64,000 bases of DNA from the human T2T-CHM13v2.0 reference genome, Homo sapiens, in assembly GCF_009914755.1 (NCBI RefSeq), contig NC_060929.1. The stretch is one strand, 5' to 3'. Below the pieces are notes generated by a model. The model was not told the DNA's origin and made no database searches. It was given only the letters and a program-made list of their open reading frames with translations. Below are positions 1-13,949 of the stretch, one piece after another. The translations under genes were made by a program, and so were the position numbers. Every line of letters starts with the position of its first letter. Position 1 is the stretch's first letter.

Positions 1-299
1 GATAAGAATACAGCCTTAGGTCATTAGTTATTTCAAAATACTATGTGGGAACCTCAACTATAAGCAACCCCAGAACTAGGTTTGAAATTAGTGTTAAAAG
101 CTTGATCTCCTTCCCGGAGCCATGTAGTAAGAAGCAATGCATGAGAGAAGCTATGAAAGGTGGGAAGAAGAGAGACCAAGGTGAAATCCAGACTGAATCA
201 AAGTGGCCGTTCAGGTTGATGCTGGCTGGGACTTTGTTGTAATGACGTTTAAAATGACTAATGTTTCAACAGTTAGGCAGACATATTGGTGAAATAGTT

Positions 300-1880
300 A
301 TGACACTTTCTAAATTGATCTGTAGATTTGACACAGTTCCAAAATAATTCAACGAGGCTCTTTTTTTTTTTTTTTTTTTTTTGGTAGAAATCGAGACGCT
401 AATTCTAAAATACATGTGAAAACACCAAGAAATATTTACTAGAATATGTAAAACAATCTTAAAAAAACCCCAAAGTTTGAGGATTAATACTACCTTAATT
501 TAAGATTATTATAAAGCTACAGTTGTTAGAAGATGTGGTCCAGACATGAAGAAGGATATATAGATAAACAGAACAGAATGGAATAAAGAACTCAGAAGTA
601 GACCTCCACTGACTTGGTTAACTTTTAATGAAGGCATCACAGTAATTCAATATAGAAAGAAAAATCTTCTCCACAAGTTGTATTAGAACAACTAGATGTG
701 AATATGAAAATAAAGGAGTCTTAACCCCTACCTACACAAAAAAATAATTGAAGAAGGATCAATTAATTGGATGGGATAAGACTAACCAAAAATTGAAAAG
801 TGTAAAGCCAGAATAGAAGAATATCTTATGAATTATGCATAGTTAAAATTTCCTAGACAACACAAGGAAGGAATAACCACAAAAAAATGATAAATGAGAA
901 TCCACCAAAATTTAAAACTTTTGTTTATCAAAATATACGATTGAGAAAATGAATTGACAACCTGCAGACTAGAAGAAAATATTTGTAAGACATACCATGC
1001 TGAAAATGACTAGAGTTCAGGTACACTGAAAATACTGAAAATTTAACAATAGAAAGATAAACAACCCAATAAAATATGGACAAAAGAGTTGAACAGCCAC
1101 TTTACTAAATAATGTGTACAGATGGCTAATAAATGATAAAAACATTGATCTTCATTCATCTTAACTAATTTTTAGGGAAATGCAAATTAAAACCATGATG
1201 AGATACCACTACATAACCAAGCAAATAGCTAAAATTAAAAAGACCAACTGTCCCAAATGTTGGAGAGGATGTGAAGCAAATGGGATCTTATATGTTACTG
1301 AAGCAAGTGTAAAATGTTACAATCACTTTGCAAAATGACCTGACAGTATCCTATAAAACTAAGTATACATCAACTTTATTGTCTATCAATTCTACTCTCA
1401 AGTGTTTTCTCAAAATAAGTGAAAGTATATGCCCACAAAGCAATTTCTCCAAGAGTGCTCCTAGCAGTTTTATTCATAACAGCCAAAATATGTAAACAGC
1501 TCAGAGGTTCATCAAGCCTAGTATATTCATACAATGAATTGAACACAGCTCAGCAATAAAGAAAAGTGAACTATTGATACAGAGAAAATCTGGGTGAATC
1601 TCAAAAATATATTGAGAGAAAGATTTATACAAAAGAGAACATACTGTATGGTTCCATTTATATGAAGTTCTATTGTAGGCAAAACCAATCATGGTGAAAA
1701 AAGAATCAGAGCTATGGTGACTCTGGTGTGAGTTTGGAGAGAGAGACAGGGATTTACTTGGAAGAGACATGAGGGAAATTTGGGGGATGATAGTAATAAT
1801 TGATATTATGGTAAGAATTGGATCCACTTAGGTGATATGTATCTGTCAAAATCAATCAAGTGGTTTGCTTTTCATTTACC
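300..1880 (+). mobile_element. Old L1M (L1MC/ME-like) ORF2 3' end and 3' UTR, degenerate
   Basis: L1-like tracts: 'ctaattctaaaatacatgtg', 'ttataaagctacagt', 'ggaaatgcaaattaaaaccatgatgagataccactac', 'catactgtatggttccatttatatgaag'. Boundaries approximate. Confidence 0.85.
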
Positions 1881-2808
1881 ACAATGAAATATATTAATCT
1901 TACTCCACGCAAACAAATGAAAACTTCACATGTACATGAAAGCTTGGTTTCCTATACAATAGTATTTCCGAATCTAAGCCTTACATGAGCATCAGTGTAT
2001 CTATAACCCCTTGACATTTAACGTAAACTTTGGAAAGAAGGATTAACAGTCAAGTGTTCAGGTGGAACTTCATCTTTTATGACCTCCTGCACAAATTTTA
2101 AGAAACACCAAGTGCAATGTTCTTTCAGATTAATAAAATGTTTTATAAATATATTTTAAATATAAATACTATTAAATTTTATTTTGGAATTTATTCAGGT
2201 ATTTTTTGGCATCATACTTTAGGGTTTTTTATATTAAATTTATAGTAATGATTTACCCATCAATAATTTATGAATAACCATTCTGATATTTTCCCCGATA
2301 TCAATTCTTAAGGTACTGGATAGGCATACATTTTTGATGTTTACTCTGCTAGCTAAAAAGACAGTTAATATTATAATTATTTATAGATAATGCTCAAAGA
2401 TTCAAAAATTAAATTACTCCAAGTCAGTATAGGATGTTATTGTTTGTTGAAATGTTTTTATTAGGTTATATTGCCCATCAACCATCATTCGTAAATTATC
2501 TATTTTACCTTGAGCTCTGACTCTAATTATAATTGCTAAATGTCTGTGTTCACAAAAAGTCAACTATGTATATGTACTTTATGCATTCTGAGTTTAGTAA
2601 GAATCATTGAGGCTGCAATTAGTATTTAGTAATGAATTCCAGAAAATACTTTTCAGCTACTAAAACTTGTTAAAAATTATGATGTTTTATAATTAATAAA
2701 GAATATTAGGTTTGTAAAAGCTCTTTGTTAACCTCACTTACCAATTTGCATTTAATTGTCTCTAGTTTTTTGATACCCATGATATACTAACTTTAAGAAT
2801 TCAAAGTC

Positions 2809-3531
<723 letters not shown>

Positions 3532-4461
3532 TCAGGAAAAAATAACCAAAATACATTATTTTTTCTATACTTCATAAAATAGCTGTTATTGACATATCAA
3601 GGATAATACAATTGATCTTTTCAGAGAATGCAAGAAAAAAAGATACCTGTGTTCATTATTTAAAGTGGTTACAAGCATGAAATATTTGATTTGAATGAAT
3701 TATATTTAATGGTAGCCTATGACTGGATATCATGCCTACAGATCTGATCAATGTCCAAATGCTGTAATGCTTAAGCAAAAGGGCAAATTTAGGTGGATTC
3801 CATATTCTATTTCACCTTGTATTAAAACTATGACCATCAATTTCAGTGCAGCGCCATATTTGATCTTAATAGTAACATGATTTTAAAGGTCAGCTTTAGC
3901 TATGCCCATAAAAATGTTAGGGAACAAGAAATGGTTTGATTAAGTTAGATTTTCATTTGATTTTTTTAAGTAAAATTTTTAATCATGTAAAAATACATCA
4001 CTCTATTCCTATTTTGTTTTGTGACTAGCTAAATTACCTGCTTACGAAACTCTAATTGCTTTAAACGGCCACACTATTGAAAAGCTGTTAAATGAGTAGT
4101 ATATTAGTGATTCATTAGTTGTCATGAATAGGGATCTGTTTAAGCATAATACACTCATGAAATAGTATAGACACTGGAGTGAAAGTCCTCGGAAAGTGAG
4201 TCTAATGAAAGATCATTGAGTTTCCAATGGTGATAGGTTCCTCTGGCTCTTTATCTTCCTACAGAATTCTGATTGTCTCATGAAAAAATTGTGTCTCACC
4301 TGTCATAATGAAGATTGCAGTTATCCTTCCTAATTATCTGTGTGAGGTCAAATAACCTATATCTCTATGACTTGCAATCCTTTTCCAGCATTTAAGGACC
4401 TCCATGATATCTCCTACAGTTCTAGTACCTAGTAATGTGTTAAAAAAAAAAAAATTCTGCA

Positions 4462-4781
<320 letters not shown>

Positions 4782-5015
4782 CTACAGAGATCATGTGTGT
4801 ACGGTTCATCCTTAGGCAAAGGAAATCAATTGACAGACTGACACTACTACTGCTAATAATAATGATGGTTCTTATTCATAAAACTCTAATCAAGTATAAC
4901 TTAGACTGGTGTCACTTAAGTTAGATATAAACATCACTCACCATAATAAAAACTATATTGCTTTTTTTTATTATTATTATTTTAAGACACACTGCAATAT
5001 CTTGGCAACAAACAA

Positions 5016-5454
5016 TGCATTAGTCCGTTCTCCTGCTGCTATAAGGACATATATGAAACTGGGTAATTTATAAGGGAAAGAGATTTGATTAACTCATAGT
5101 TCCACAGGGCTTGGGAGGTCTCAGGAAACGTACAGCCATGGTGAAAACATCCTTCTTCATGTGGTGGCAAGGAGACACAGAAATGAGTGCCCAGTGAAGA
5201 GGGAAGCCCCTTATAAACCCATCAGATCTTGTGAAAGCTTACTCACCATCATGAGAACAGAATGGGGAAAACCACCCCCATGATTCAATTATTTTTCACC
5301 TGGTCCCTCCCATGATTCATGGGGTTATGGGGACTATTTGATTGGTGCGAAAGTAATTGTGGTTTGTGCCATTACTTTTAATGGCAATTACTTTTGCACC
5401 AACCTAATCCAATTCAAGGTGAGATTTCGGTGGGGACAGAGCCAAACCATGGCA
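5016..5454 (-). mobile_element. THE1 (ERVL-MaLR) solo LTR, interrupted by MADE1
   Basis: Antisense THE1: tgcattagtccgttctc...ctgggtaatttataagggaaag...gagatttcggtggggacagagccaaaccatggca. Confidence 0.92.
5337..5407. mobile_element. MADE1 (Hsmar1-derived MITE), palindromic
   Basis: TIRs ttggtgcgaaagtaattg ... caattacttttgcaccaacctaa, inserted after TA; ~9 nt missing from the right arm. Confidence 0.93.
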
Positions 5455-6268
5455 ACACAAACTTCTTTGAAATAAACAATTATCAAAAGAAGGCAGTTTA
5501 TTTCTAGCTTTAGTTGTTTACTATACATATTTTAGAACAGTTATTAGCACATTATAAATGTGCTCTAGGCAGAAAGAAGAAAACTGAAATTCTTAAGAAA
5601 TTTTTGTCATTTTTAATGTTTCTTTTCATTTTAGATTAATAGGTAGCTGAGGCATCTATACAAAGCAATTTCAAAAGTATAACTGGTATGCATGCTTTTC
5701 AGCAGCTGAGATATAGAAAAAACAAACATTTCTCGATAGCATTCTATTGCTATGATGAAACTCAGAACTCCTCTGTAATTCAATTATCAGCATAAAATTT
5801 TTCACTTTCATTGGCAAACACTTTACTCTAATTTTTATCTTGCAACTGGACATATTTTGATATAATTGGACTTCATATTTACTATAGTTATGGTAATGCT
5901 GTGCCAAGATGCCAACTGGAGAAAATACCCAATTGTGTCCTACCCCTCCATTCCTACTTATTTTCTTCCCTTTAAATTAGATATGAAGTGGAATGAGGCG
6001 ATGTCTCAGCTACTGTTTGAGGTCAAAATCTATTTGGGCAGTCACTTTATTTATTTATTTATTTTTTGGCATGTGTTAATTCATTAGGCTCTTAGCTTGG
6101 GAGGACTAGAGATTAGCTCTATAAGGCTAGAAAATAAGACACAGAAATTTAGTGCTAGAGTAACTGGTTCACTTGCAACTACTATTTGATGAGAAGAAAC
6201 GTCTGTGATATTAACTAAGGGAAGGAAAGTGCTGGGCAAGATGTCAGAGTTTGGTTTTACTCTCATCA

Positions 6269-6340
6269 TGTATGTGTGTGTCTCATGCATGTGTGTGTGC
6301 ATGTGTCTTGTGTGTGTGTGCATGTGTGTGTGTGCATGTG
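6269..6340. repeat. Interrupted (TG)n/(TGCA) microsatellite
   Basis: tgtatgtgtgtgtctcatgcatgtgtgtgtgcatgtg... Confidence 0.9.
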
Positions 6341-6480
6341 TTGGGGGTGTATGGTGTGGGATGAGTGAACTATTAACAGACAGCCTAACCTGAAATTGTT
6401 AGTTGAAAGGAAGGCCAAAGTTGAAAAAGATATTCAGTAGTAGATTGACATCTCACAGATCATAGCCTGTGTTGATGTAT

Positions 6481-7260
6481 TCATTTATTTATTAATTCAA
6501 CCAACTCCTATTGAATACTTACCACGAACCATCTCTGTGCTAGACATTTGTAATAGAAAGATGAATACATGATTTTTTAAAGACACTTCTAATGGAGAAG
6601 ATAAGTATTTGAACACTTGCATTTCGTACATTACATTATGTTGATGCTGACATAATAGCATGAGCAAGATGCTTTCAGAGTACAAGGAATGAGCACCAGG
6701 CTTAAGCTGGAAACTCACAGAGATCATTCTAAAAGAGATGATTACAGCTGATATTAAACCCAGAGGTAACAATATATGTCCAAAAAATGCATGCCAAATT
6801 AATGACCTAGAAGAGATACAGAAGGCTGCAGGGTAGAACGGTGGAGAGATGCAGTAAGAGATGGAACTGGAGGAGTGAATAGGGCAAGACTATATGGGCC
6901 TTGTAGGTCCTAATGAAGATCAATATTCTAAAGTCTAAGACAAATGCAAATGGAAAGATTTGCATTTTAAAAAGGTCCCTGTAGCTGAAAGTTAGAGAAA
7001 AGATTAGATCAGACTAGAACTGGAGACCGAGGGCCAGTTAGAAAGTTGCTTTCCTAATCCAAATTAGCACTAAATAAGTATCAATGGCGAGGGAGATAAC
7101 AGAGTGAGTTTGGGAAATGTTACTGAGGTATAATTGATTGCAGTTATTGATTAATTGAATAGAAGGTAAGATATAGAGAGAAGTGAACGATGATGCTTAG
7201 ATTTCTCTCTTGCATATGCTACCAGTTCCTGAGACTGGGAATATAGGCAGGCTTGGAGTG
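6481..7260 (-). mobile_element. L2 fragment(s)
   Basis: Antisense L2 tail 'tcatttatttattaattcaaccaactcctattgaatactta' and body motifs (gggccttgtaggtc, tgcattttaaaaaggtccctgtagctg). Confidence 0.7.
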
Positions 7261-7599
7261 TGGCTGGGAAAGACAGAGCTCTACTGTGGTAGGACATTTT
7301 AGGATTCTGGAAAATGTACTAACAAAAGCCAGTCATTCAAAATGGAAGTCTGATTATCTGAAGAGATTCATTTAAAAGGATAATACTAAAAATATATATA
7401 TAAAAAAAAAAACCAAAAACATCTCGTAGGATATTTTACAGATAGGCAACTGGCTCATATATACTTCTTATTTTCTTTCTACCCCTTCTCTTTTTCTTTA
7501 AATGTATCAAAGAACAGAAATGTCAAAGAGCATAGAAAGGAAAGGATAGCAAGGAGGACTGGATAGATGGAAAATAGGCAGTTATCTGGTAGAGAGAAG

Positions 7600-7768
7600 A
7601 AAACAGTGGTTTAGTGCCTAAGAGAGCAGCATTTGAATCCAAGTGCTGGCAAATATTTACTTTATAGCTTTGGCTACCTTGACATTTCTAGATCCACTTT
7701 ATCTGTAAATTAGTGTTGGCCTGTGGCTCTCTGTGAATCCTTCTAGCTCTACGAATTTCTGATTATGA
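7600..7768 (+). mobile_element. MIR/MIR3 fragment
   Basis: atttgaatccaag...atctgtaaat...tccttctagctct...ctgattatga. Confidence 0.55.
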
Positions 7769-8204
7769 AAGGGAAGAGTGGAAAAAGTGAGAAAGTTTAA
7801 TAGAACCAGGAAGCAAGCAAAGAATCCCTGAGCTAGAGCTATGTCATATGCTTCCAATAATTTAAAATGGCAAAAACAATATACAACAGCCGTTTAATGA
7901 TAATTTTCCCTAATAAATGGGTTAAGGAGGGAGAGGATTTGAGGATCAGGGACTGAGTACAGGGATGATGAGATGGGTAGAGGACGTGGGGAGGATGCTA
8001 GGCAACATGTGTTAGTTTTTTTATTTTGCCTACATAGTGACACTCGGAGACTCTGGAGTGATGAAATCCTTCAAGGTGGAAGTGACAACTTTGTAGACTC
8101 TGGGACAATATCTCATAATGTACCCTTAATTATTTCCTGTCATCTAAAGTACAAATTTGCTATAATTCAGGTTTCTTCCAAATAACTTATACCAGCATAG
8201 TTGT

Positions 8205-8680
8205 TTCAGTGAGGATTTTTAATCTGGTCACAAGTGGAAAGAAAAGCCAAAATAACAGCAGCTTAAGATAGAAGGACCCTGGGTTATTGAGTACGTTATG
8301 GAGCATGGCCAGCACACTAGCCCTGAAGCCCATATTTTTATCATGCTAAAATTGGGATGTTAATATCTACCATTTCTCTCTGATGTGCATAGATGATTGC
8401 TCTATCCTGTCCTGTCCACAGTTCACTTGGCAGACTCAAGGAGAAGGTGAAAAGAGTATACTGTTTTCCTCAGTGGCAGCATCTAGACATCGCACACACT
8501 GCTTCCACACTAATGTCACTTCCACCCTCTTGGCCAAAACTTAGCCATGGCAACACCAAGCCCTAAAGGAGGTTGAACAATATCTTTATTGGAGTAGTTA
8601 TATGCTTGCTAAAATGTTTGGATTCTATTAATAAAGGCAAAATAGAAGAAAGATAGTAGAGGAAACTGGTATTCTCTGCT
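8205..8680 (-). mobile_element. Old MLT1 (J/K-like) LTR
   Basis: cttggccaaaacttagccatggcaacaccaagccctaaaggaggttgaacaat...ggattctattaataaagg resembles MLT1J/K antisense. Confidence 0.55.
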
Positions 8681-8717
8681 CTTTGAGTCATAACTTTAAA
8701 TTCAACTGGAACTACTG

Positions 8718-8720
<3 letters not shown>

Positions 8721-8763
<43 letters not shown>

Positions 8764-8813
8764 CACACCACACACGCACACGCACACACACAGACACATA
8801 TATATATATATAT
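8721..8813. repeat. Compound (AT)n-(AC)n-(AT)n microsatellite
   Basis: Seen directly. Confidence 0.97.
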
Positions 8814-9013
8814 CTTACTCTAAGTGAGCCTCTTGGTTAAATTATTTTAAAATCATTTTCTAAGGATATCAGTATGACAAGTATGATTTTTCAGTCAAAA
8901 TAATCAGTAACTTTTAAAGAATAAAATGAACAAAAGAACTTATTAATCATAAACAGAAAAAAAATCTATTGTTACCAAGTTTGTCTACTAAAATATTTCC
9001 TCAACTTCTATAG

Positions 9014-9257
9014 CAGTGGTGTACAATCTTTTGACTTCCCTGGGCCGCACTGGAAGAAGAATAATTGTCTTGGGCCACACATAAAATACACTAACACTAA
9101 TAATAGCTGATGAGCTAAAAAAACTAAAAACTGCAAAAAAAAAATCTCATAATGTTTTACGAAACTTTATGAATTTGTGTTAGGCTGCATTCAGAGCCGT
9201 CCTGGGCCTGTGGGTTGGAAAACATGCTGCCCACGGGCTGCAGGTTGGAAAAGCTTG
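9014..9257 (+). mobile_element. MER30 (hAT-Charlie non-autonomous)
   Basis: cagtggtgtacaatcttttgacttccctgggcc...acataaaatacactaacactaa...ggttggaaaagcttg; degenerate 8-bp TSD ttctatag/ttgtatgg. Confidence 0.92.
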
Positions 9258-11091
9258 TTGTATGGCATTATTGCAGACCTTAAAGTTTATAATCAGTTAA
9301 TCCCTGTGTTTGACAGATTGACTTTTAGTTTTTCTAAACCCTTAATTCTTCACACAAGCTAAGAGGACTCAGCTCTGCAATCTATTTACAAATATCAAGC
9401 TCTCTTTTCCAAAACAAAATTGTAGTACCAAAATATTCATCACTACTAAATTAAGATGTTTAGTCAATATCTAGATAAATTTCTATGTGTTTTATATTAA
9501 CAAAAATAGATTTAGACATACTGGCTCCTACAAATGCTAGGTTTGGTTGTTCTTGATTGATTTTCCTAAGGCAAATTGCTTTTATATATTAAACAAGTGA
9601 GATTTCCTGATTCTTCATATTATCATTTTGTTGTAAATTTTAATGCCAGTGTATTAGCTAGAAAGTGAAGATTAAAAGGTGTTATATTTGTCCATGTTGC
9701 TATATTGGCTCTGAAATAAGTTAATGGCACTAAATTTTATTTGCAAATAAATTGTCTTTCTTTAATGGAGATTGTGGAAGAGGCCCCGACATGGATTATT
9801 TTGTGCCTAATTTTTGCATCTGGTTTTGGCCAAGAAAGTTCTGTGGGCTCAGCATTTCATGCATCTTCTGCATTTTTACAGCTTCTGATCCAGCACTAGC
9901 TATACAGTTGTTTAGAAAATAATTATCTTGATTTCCAAAGGTGCTTCCCAGATCCTGAAAAGATAGCCTTAAGTTGCAAGAAATTAGAAAAGAAGTAAAA
10001 GAAAGGACAAATAAAATAAATGAAGACATATGCAAAAAGGTCTCCAAACAGCATCTAGACTTGGTGAGGAACATTCCCTGACAATTGTCTTATTATTGAC
10101 TATTTCTCCCATTCCTTTCATTGGAAAGCTGGATGATGTACCCAGATGACCAGCTCTCTTTCACTTGAACTAATACAAAAGCTTCATTTTGGAAGATCAT
10201 TTTCTTTTGATTGCCTTCTGCTGCCCACGATTTTCCCAGAATGTGGTTCTAATCCTAAAGCAGAGTGTACTGCCCTGCTCAGGGTCAGCTTAAGTTATAG
10301 ACATTGTAATGGTGCAATCTTCTTTAATCCATAAAAAGACCAAATCAATGTCAGAAAGATATAACATGTAGCATTAAAAAAATGCATTCATTCCCAAAGC
10401 TATTGAAAAGCAAAGATAGGTCTAGAGGTAATTCATAGCACACTTACAAGTTGACAGAAAAAGTGATAGCAACCTCAGTTATATTCTCCCTGGCCCTGAT
10501 CTCAAATGGATTTACTTGATTCCAGCTAATTGGATGTGAACAGCAAAGCAGGAGTAAGGCAGTGAGCAAAAAAATCTTATCAGTTGCTGTAGCTGTTATA
10601 AGCAAGGAAGCGCAATTTCCTGATTGCTGAGAAAGAGCCTGCGTAAATCTTGGTGACGTATTTTATATCCCTGCTAATGAAATGTGTTTTAGTAATCTAA
10701 CTCTACTGTTACCTTGGTCTTGGCCATAATGCAATGCTGCTATGTATTAGAAGTTTGTGTTTGTTAAGAGCATCAAGTAGCTATCAGAAAGTTAAACTTT
10801 GCTAGCGAGCGTGTTTTCTCTGTTGAAAATATTTGAGATAGTGAGTTGTTCTATGAGTATTATTTTAAGGGAGGGGAGTGTTCTGGGAGGGCAAAGGGAG
10901 TTGGGCTCAATTGACCACTGAATTAAGGAACAAAATGATAAAGATCCAAAAGGAAATGAATCAATACTGAAGAAATCAATCACAAGGGCAGTGGAACGTG
11001 GTGGAGGCTCTTACCTATCAGGGTTTGAGGGCTAGTTTGACATTTTTTAGCTGTTTTACAATTGGAATCTACTCTACCTCCCTAGCCCGTC

Positions 11092-11463
11092 TTTTTTTTT
11101 TTTCTCTAGAGATTTTTTAAAAAAGTATATATATATACTTTAAGTTCTAGGGCACATGTGCACGATGTGCCGGTTTGATACATAGCATACATGTGCCATG
11201 TTGGTTTGCTGCACCCATCAAATCGTCATTTACATTAGGTATTTCTCCTAATGCTATCCCTCCCCCAGCCTCCCACCCCCTCCGGACAGGCCCCCGTGTG
11301 TTATATTCCCTGCCCTGTGTCCAAGTGATCTCATTGTTCAGTTCCCACCTATGAGTGAGAACATGTGGTGTTTGGTTTTCTGTCGTTGTGATAGTTTGCT
11401 GAGATGATGGTTTCCAGCTTCATCCATGTCCCTGCAAAGGACATGAACTCATCCTTTTCTATG
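11092..11463 (-). mobile_element. L1PA (about PA5-7) 3' end, 5'-truncated, inserted in a MIR
   Basis: Antisense L1PA 3' UTR (tactttaagttctaggg...ctcctaatgctatccctccccc...tgagtgagaacatg); flanking ctagccc repeat. Confidence 0.95.
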
Positions 11464-12279
11464 TCTCTAGCCCATATTCTTTTCCTTTAAATTTGTTTCT
11501 AATGGTAACTACTTTATAGGGTTATTATGATGATTAAGTGAGATTATAAACCCTAGGCTCCCTCATGGTAGGTACTGAACAAATGCTACTCAATGCAACC
11601 AAGCCTAGTGTTCAGCATGAATCGTGTTATGTGTTTTGTTCCTAGAGTTTAACCTTTATAACTGGCATAATCAGCTATAACCAAACATAATCAGCTACTT
11701 GAAATGCAAAGCTGATTGTTTCCCTTGGAATTCAGGAAGAATTTACGTCAAGAGATTTTTCTAACAAAGTGAAAGAATGTTGCCAATCCTGATCTGATGT
11801 ACCAAAATTACTGGATCTAAGAAGTCACAGTAATGCTGCTCTTGCACACAAGTGCATGTCAGCCATCATTACATTTTCAGTTATTTGGTCTAGGTCCACA
11901 AATTGGGATTCTGCAAAGGCACTTTGTCCTACCTTAGACAGTTTACAACATAGACATAACCCACTAATAAAGAAGACGATAACATTTTTTACTATGTGCC
12001 AAAGATCATTTGAATTAATATGTATATATTTGGTTATACATAACTTATTGTATAAAAAATATATAAAGTTTCTGTGTTCCTAAAAGTGACTTTAAGTATT
12101 TTATAAACTATTAAAATTAATATATATGGGAAGAGGAAAGACGAATACCAACAATATCATAAAAACAAGGGCAATGAATTAAAAATTGTGATTAAATTAA
12201 CTGTACAACTGGTTAAGATTCTAGAAAACATTTTGTACCCCACTGTGATTTATAAACTTCTAGAATTTTAACCAGTTTC

Positions 12280-12790
12280 ATCTCCCATCCTTATGTCTAT
12301 TTTCTGTACCCTATCTATGTAACCCTGAGAGATACACCGAAATAATTTGTATATGTATGTGTTCTATTTCCTTAGATGATGCTGAAGTATAGACCTTATT
12401 CTGTTTCTTTTACTTAATGTAATGTTTCTAAAATATATTCAGATTAATAAATATAGTTATGTCTTTACTTCTTACTGCTCCATGGTATTCCACATTGGAT
12501 ATATCCACCTCATTTTATTTAAGTAGCCTCCCAGAGTTGGATTCCCCTAGGTTGCCTCTGATTTCCTGCAACCACAGTAACCCTGAAGCAAAAACATTCA
12601 TGCATATCCCCTTATGGAACTGTGAGTATTTCCCTCGGTTGTAGATTCAGAGTGGAATGTTAAAACAGAGGCTAAATACAGTACAAATACAATTGTCCTA
12701 TGTTTTACCAAATTGCTCCCCAATACAATTTTACCAGTTTTATTCTCAATAGAAGTACATAAAGGTTCCCATTAAAAATCTTATTATCTT
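12280..12790 (-). mobile_element. Old L1M (L1ME-like) fragment
   Basis: ttactgctccatggtattccacatt...ccaaattgctccccaa...taccagttttattctc. Confidence 0.65.
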
Positions 12791-13949
12791 CCATCTTGAG
12801 TAACTGATAGGGCAAAGGAAGACTTGGCCAGTTTAATTTTAGAGTTATGTTTAAAGAGAATTAACATGGCGCTGACAATATTGATGTAAGCTTTTTGTGG
12901 TTACTGGGAATTTATACATTTGATATTCAAATGTTCTCAGACTGTTAAACTGCTGAAGCTGACATTGAATTGGAAACAAAGTATAAAAATAAGTACTTTT
13001 CCTTGATTTATCTTTGAAATATGCAAACAAACCCTGATATTATATTATTATGAAATGGTAGTACATTTTAAGAAGAAATTTTAAAACAACTGACACAAAT
13101 GAATGATGATATATCTACAACATTTTAAGCAGTTCCAGGAATAGTATTTTTTATAATTGAAATCACAGTTTATTATGAATTCACTAGGTAATTTGGGGGA
13201 AAAATTCATGTCCTATTGCTCATTTGTTTCAAACATAATTAATGATATTTTGCTTTTGTGTGGAGATATAATTATATTGTTACCTGAGTAAAAGTTTTAT
13301 TTTTGATGTATCTGTGTTGGAAATGTAGAATCTGAAAATCTCTGAGGGATTTACAAATGAAATCAAGTTAGAGGACATGACTTCAGTGAAAACATGTAAT
13401 GCTTCTAGCTACTGTTGGATTTTTCTATTTGATTTTTGTGTTGCATTATTTCTGGCCTTTTCTGAGTTTCACTGCTAACTCCTTCCTAGCCTCTAAAATG
13501 TAATTCCCTTCATATCACAGTCCTGAAATGGCTTTCTTCAAGGACAGATCTTTTTATTGCCAAATATAAAAGCATCTCTTCAGTCTTTATATTTTTAAAA
13601 TCTGTGTTTACATTTTAATGTTCCTAATACTGCTTTTGAAACTCTTTTCACTTAATTTTTTGATCCTTTACTGTCCTGCCTCTCCTGCTTTTCTCTTCAT
13701 CAGCTCTCTATTTGTGTTGCTTGTTCTACTTGTTCTGTACTTCTACTGTGCCCTACATCTTTTGTTGCCCTAACATCAGATATTTTTACCGCATAGTTTC
13801 TGGTCCTCTGCAATGTAAAGCCCTAGATTTAGGTCATAAAGAGTAATTACACAAGCACAGGGTGGGTGTACTTGGGCTTCGAATTAGTTCCTCTTTTGAT
13901 GCATGTCTGAACATCTTAGGTATCAAAAATCACTCGTTCAAAATTGCAG

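Noticed and set aside
1501-1827. 108-aa minus-strand ORF
   Set aside because: Antisense of an old L1 3' UTR.
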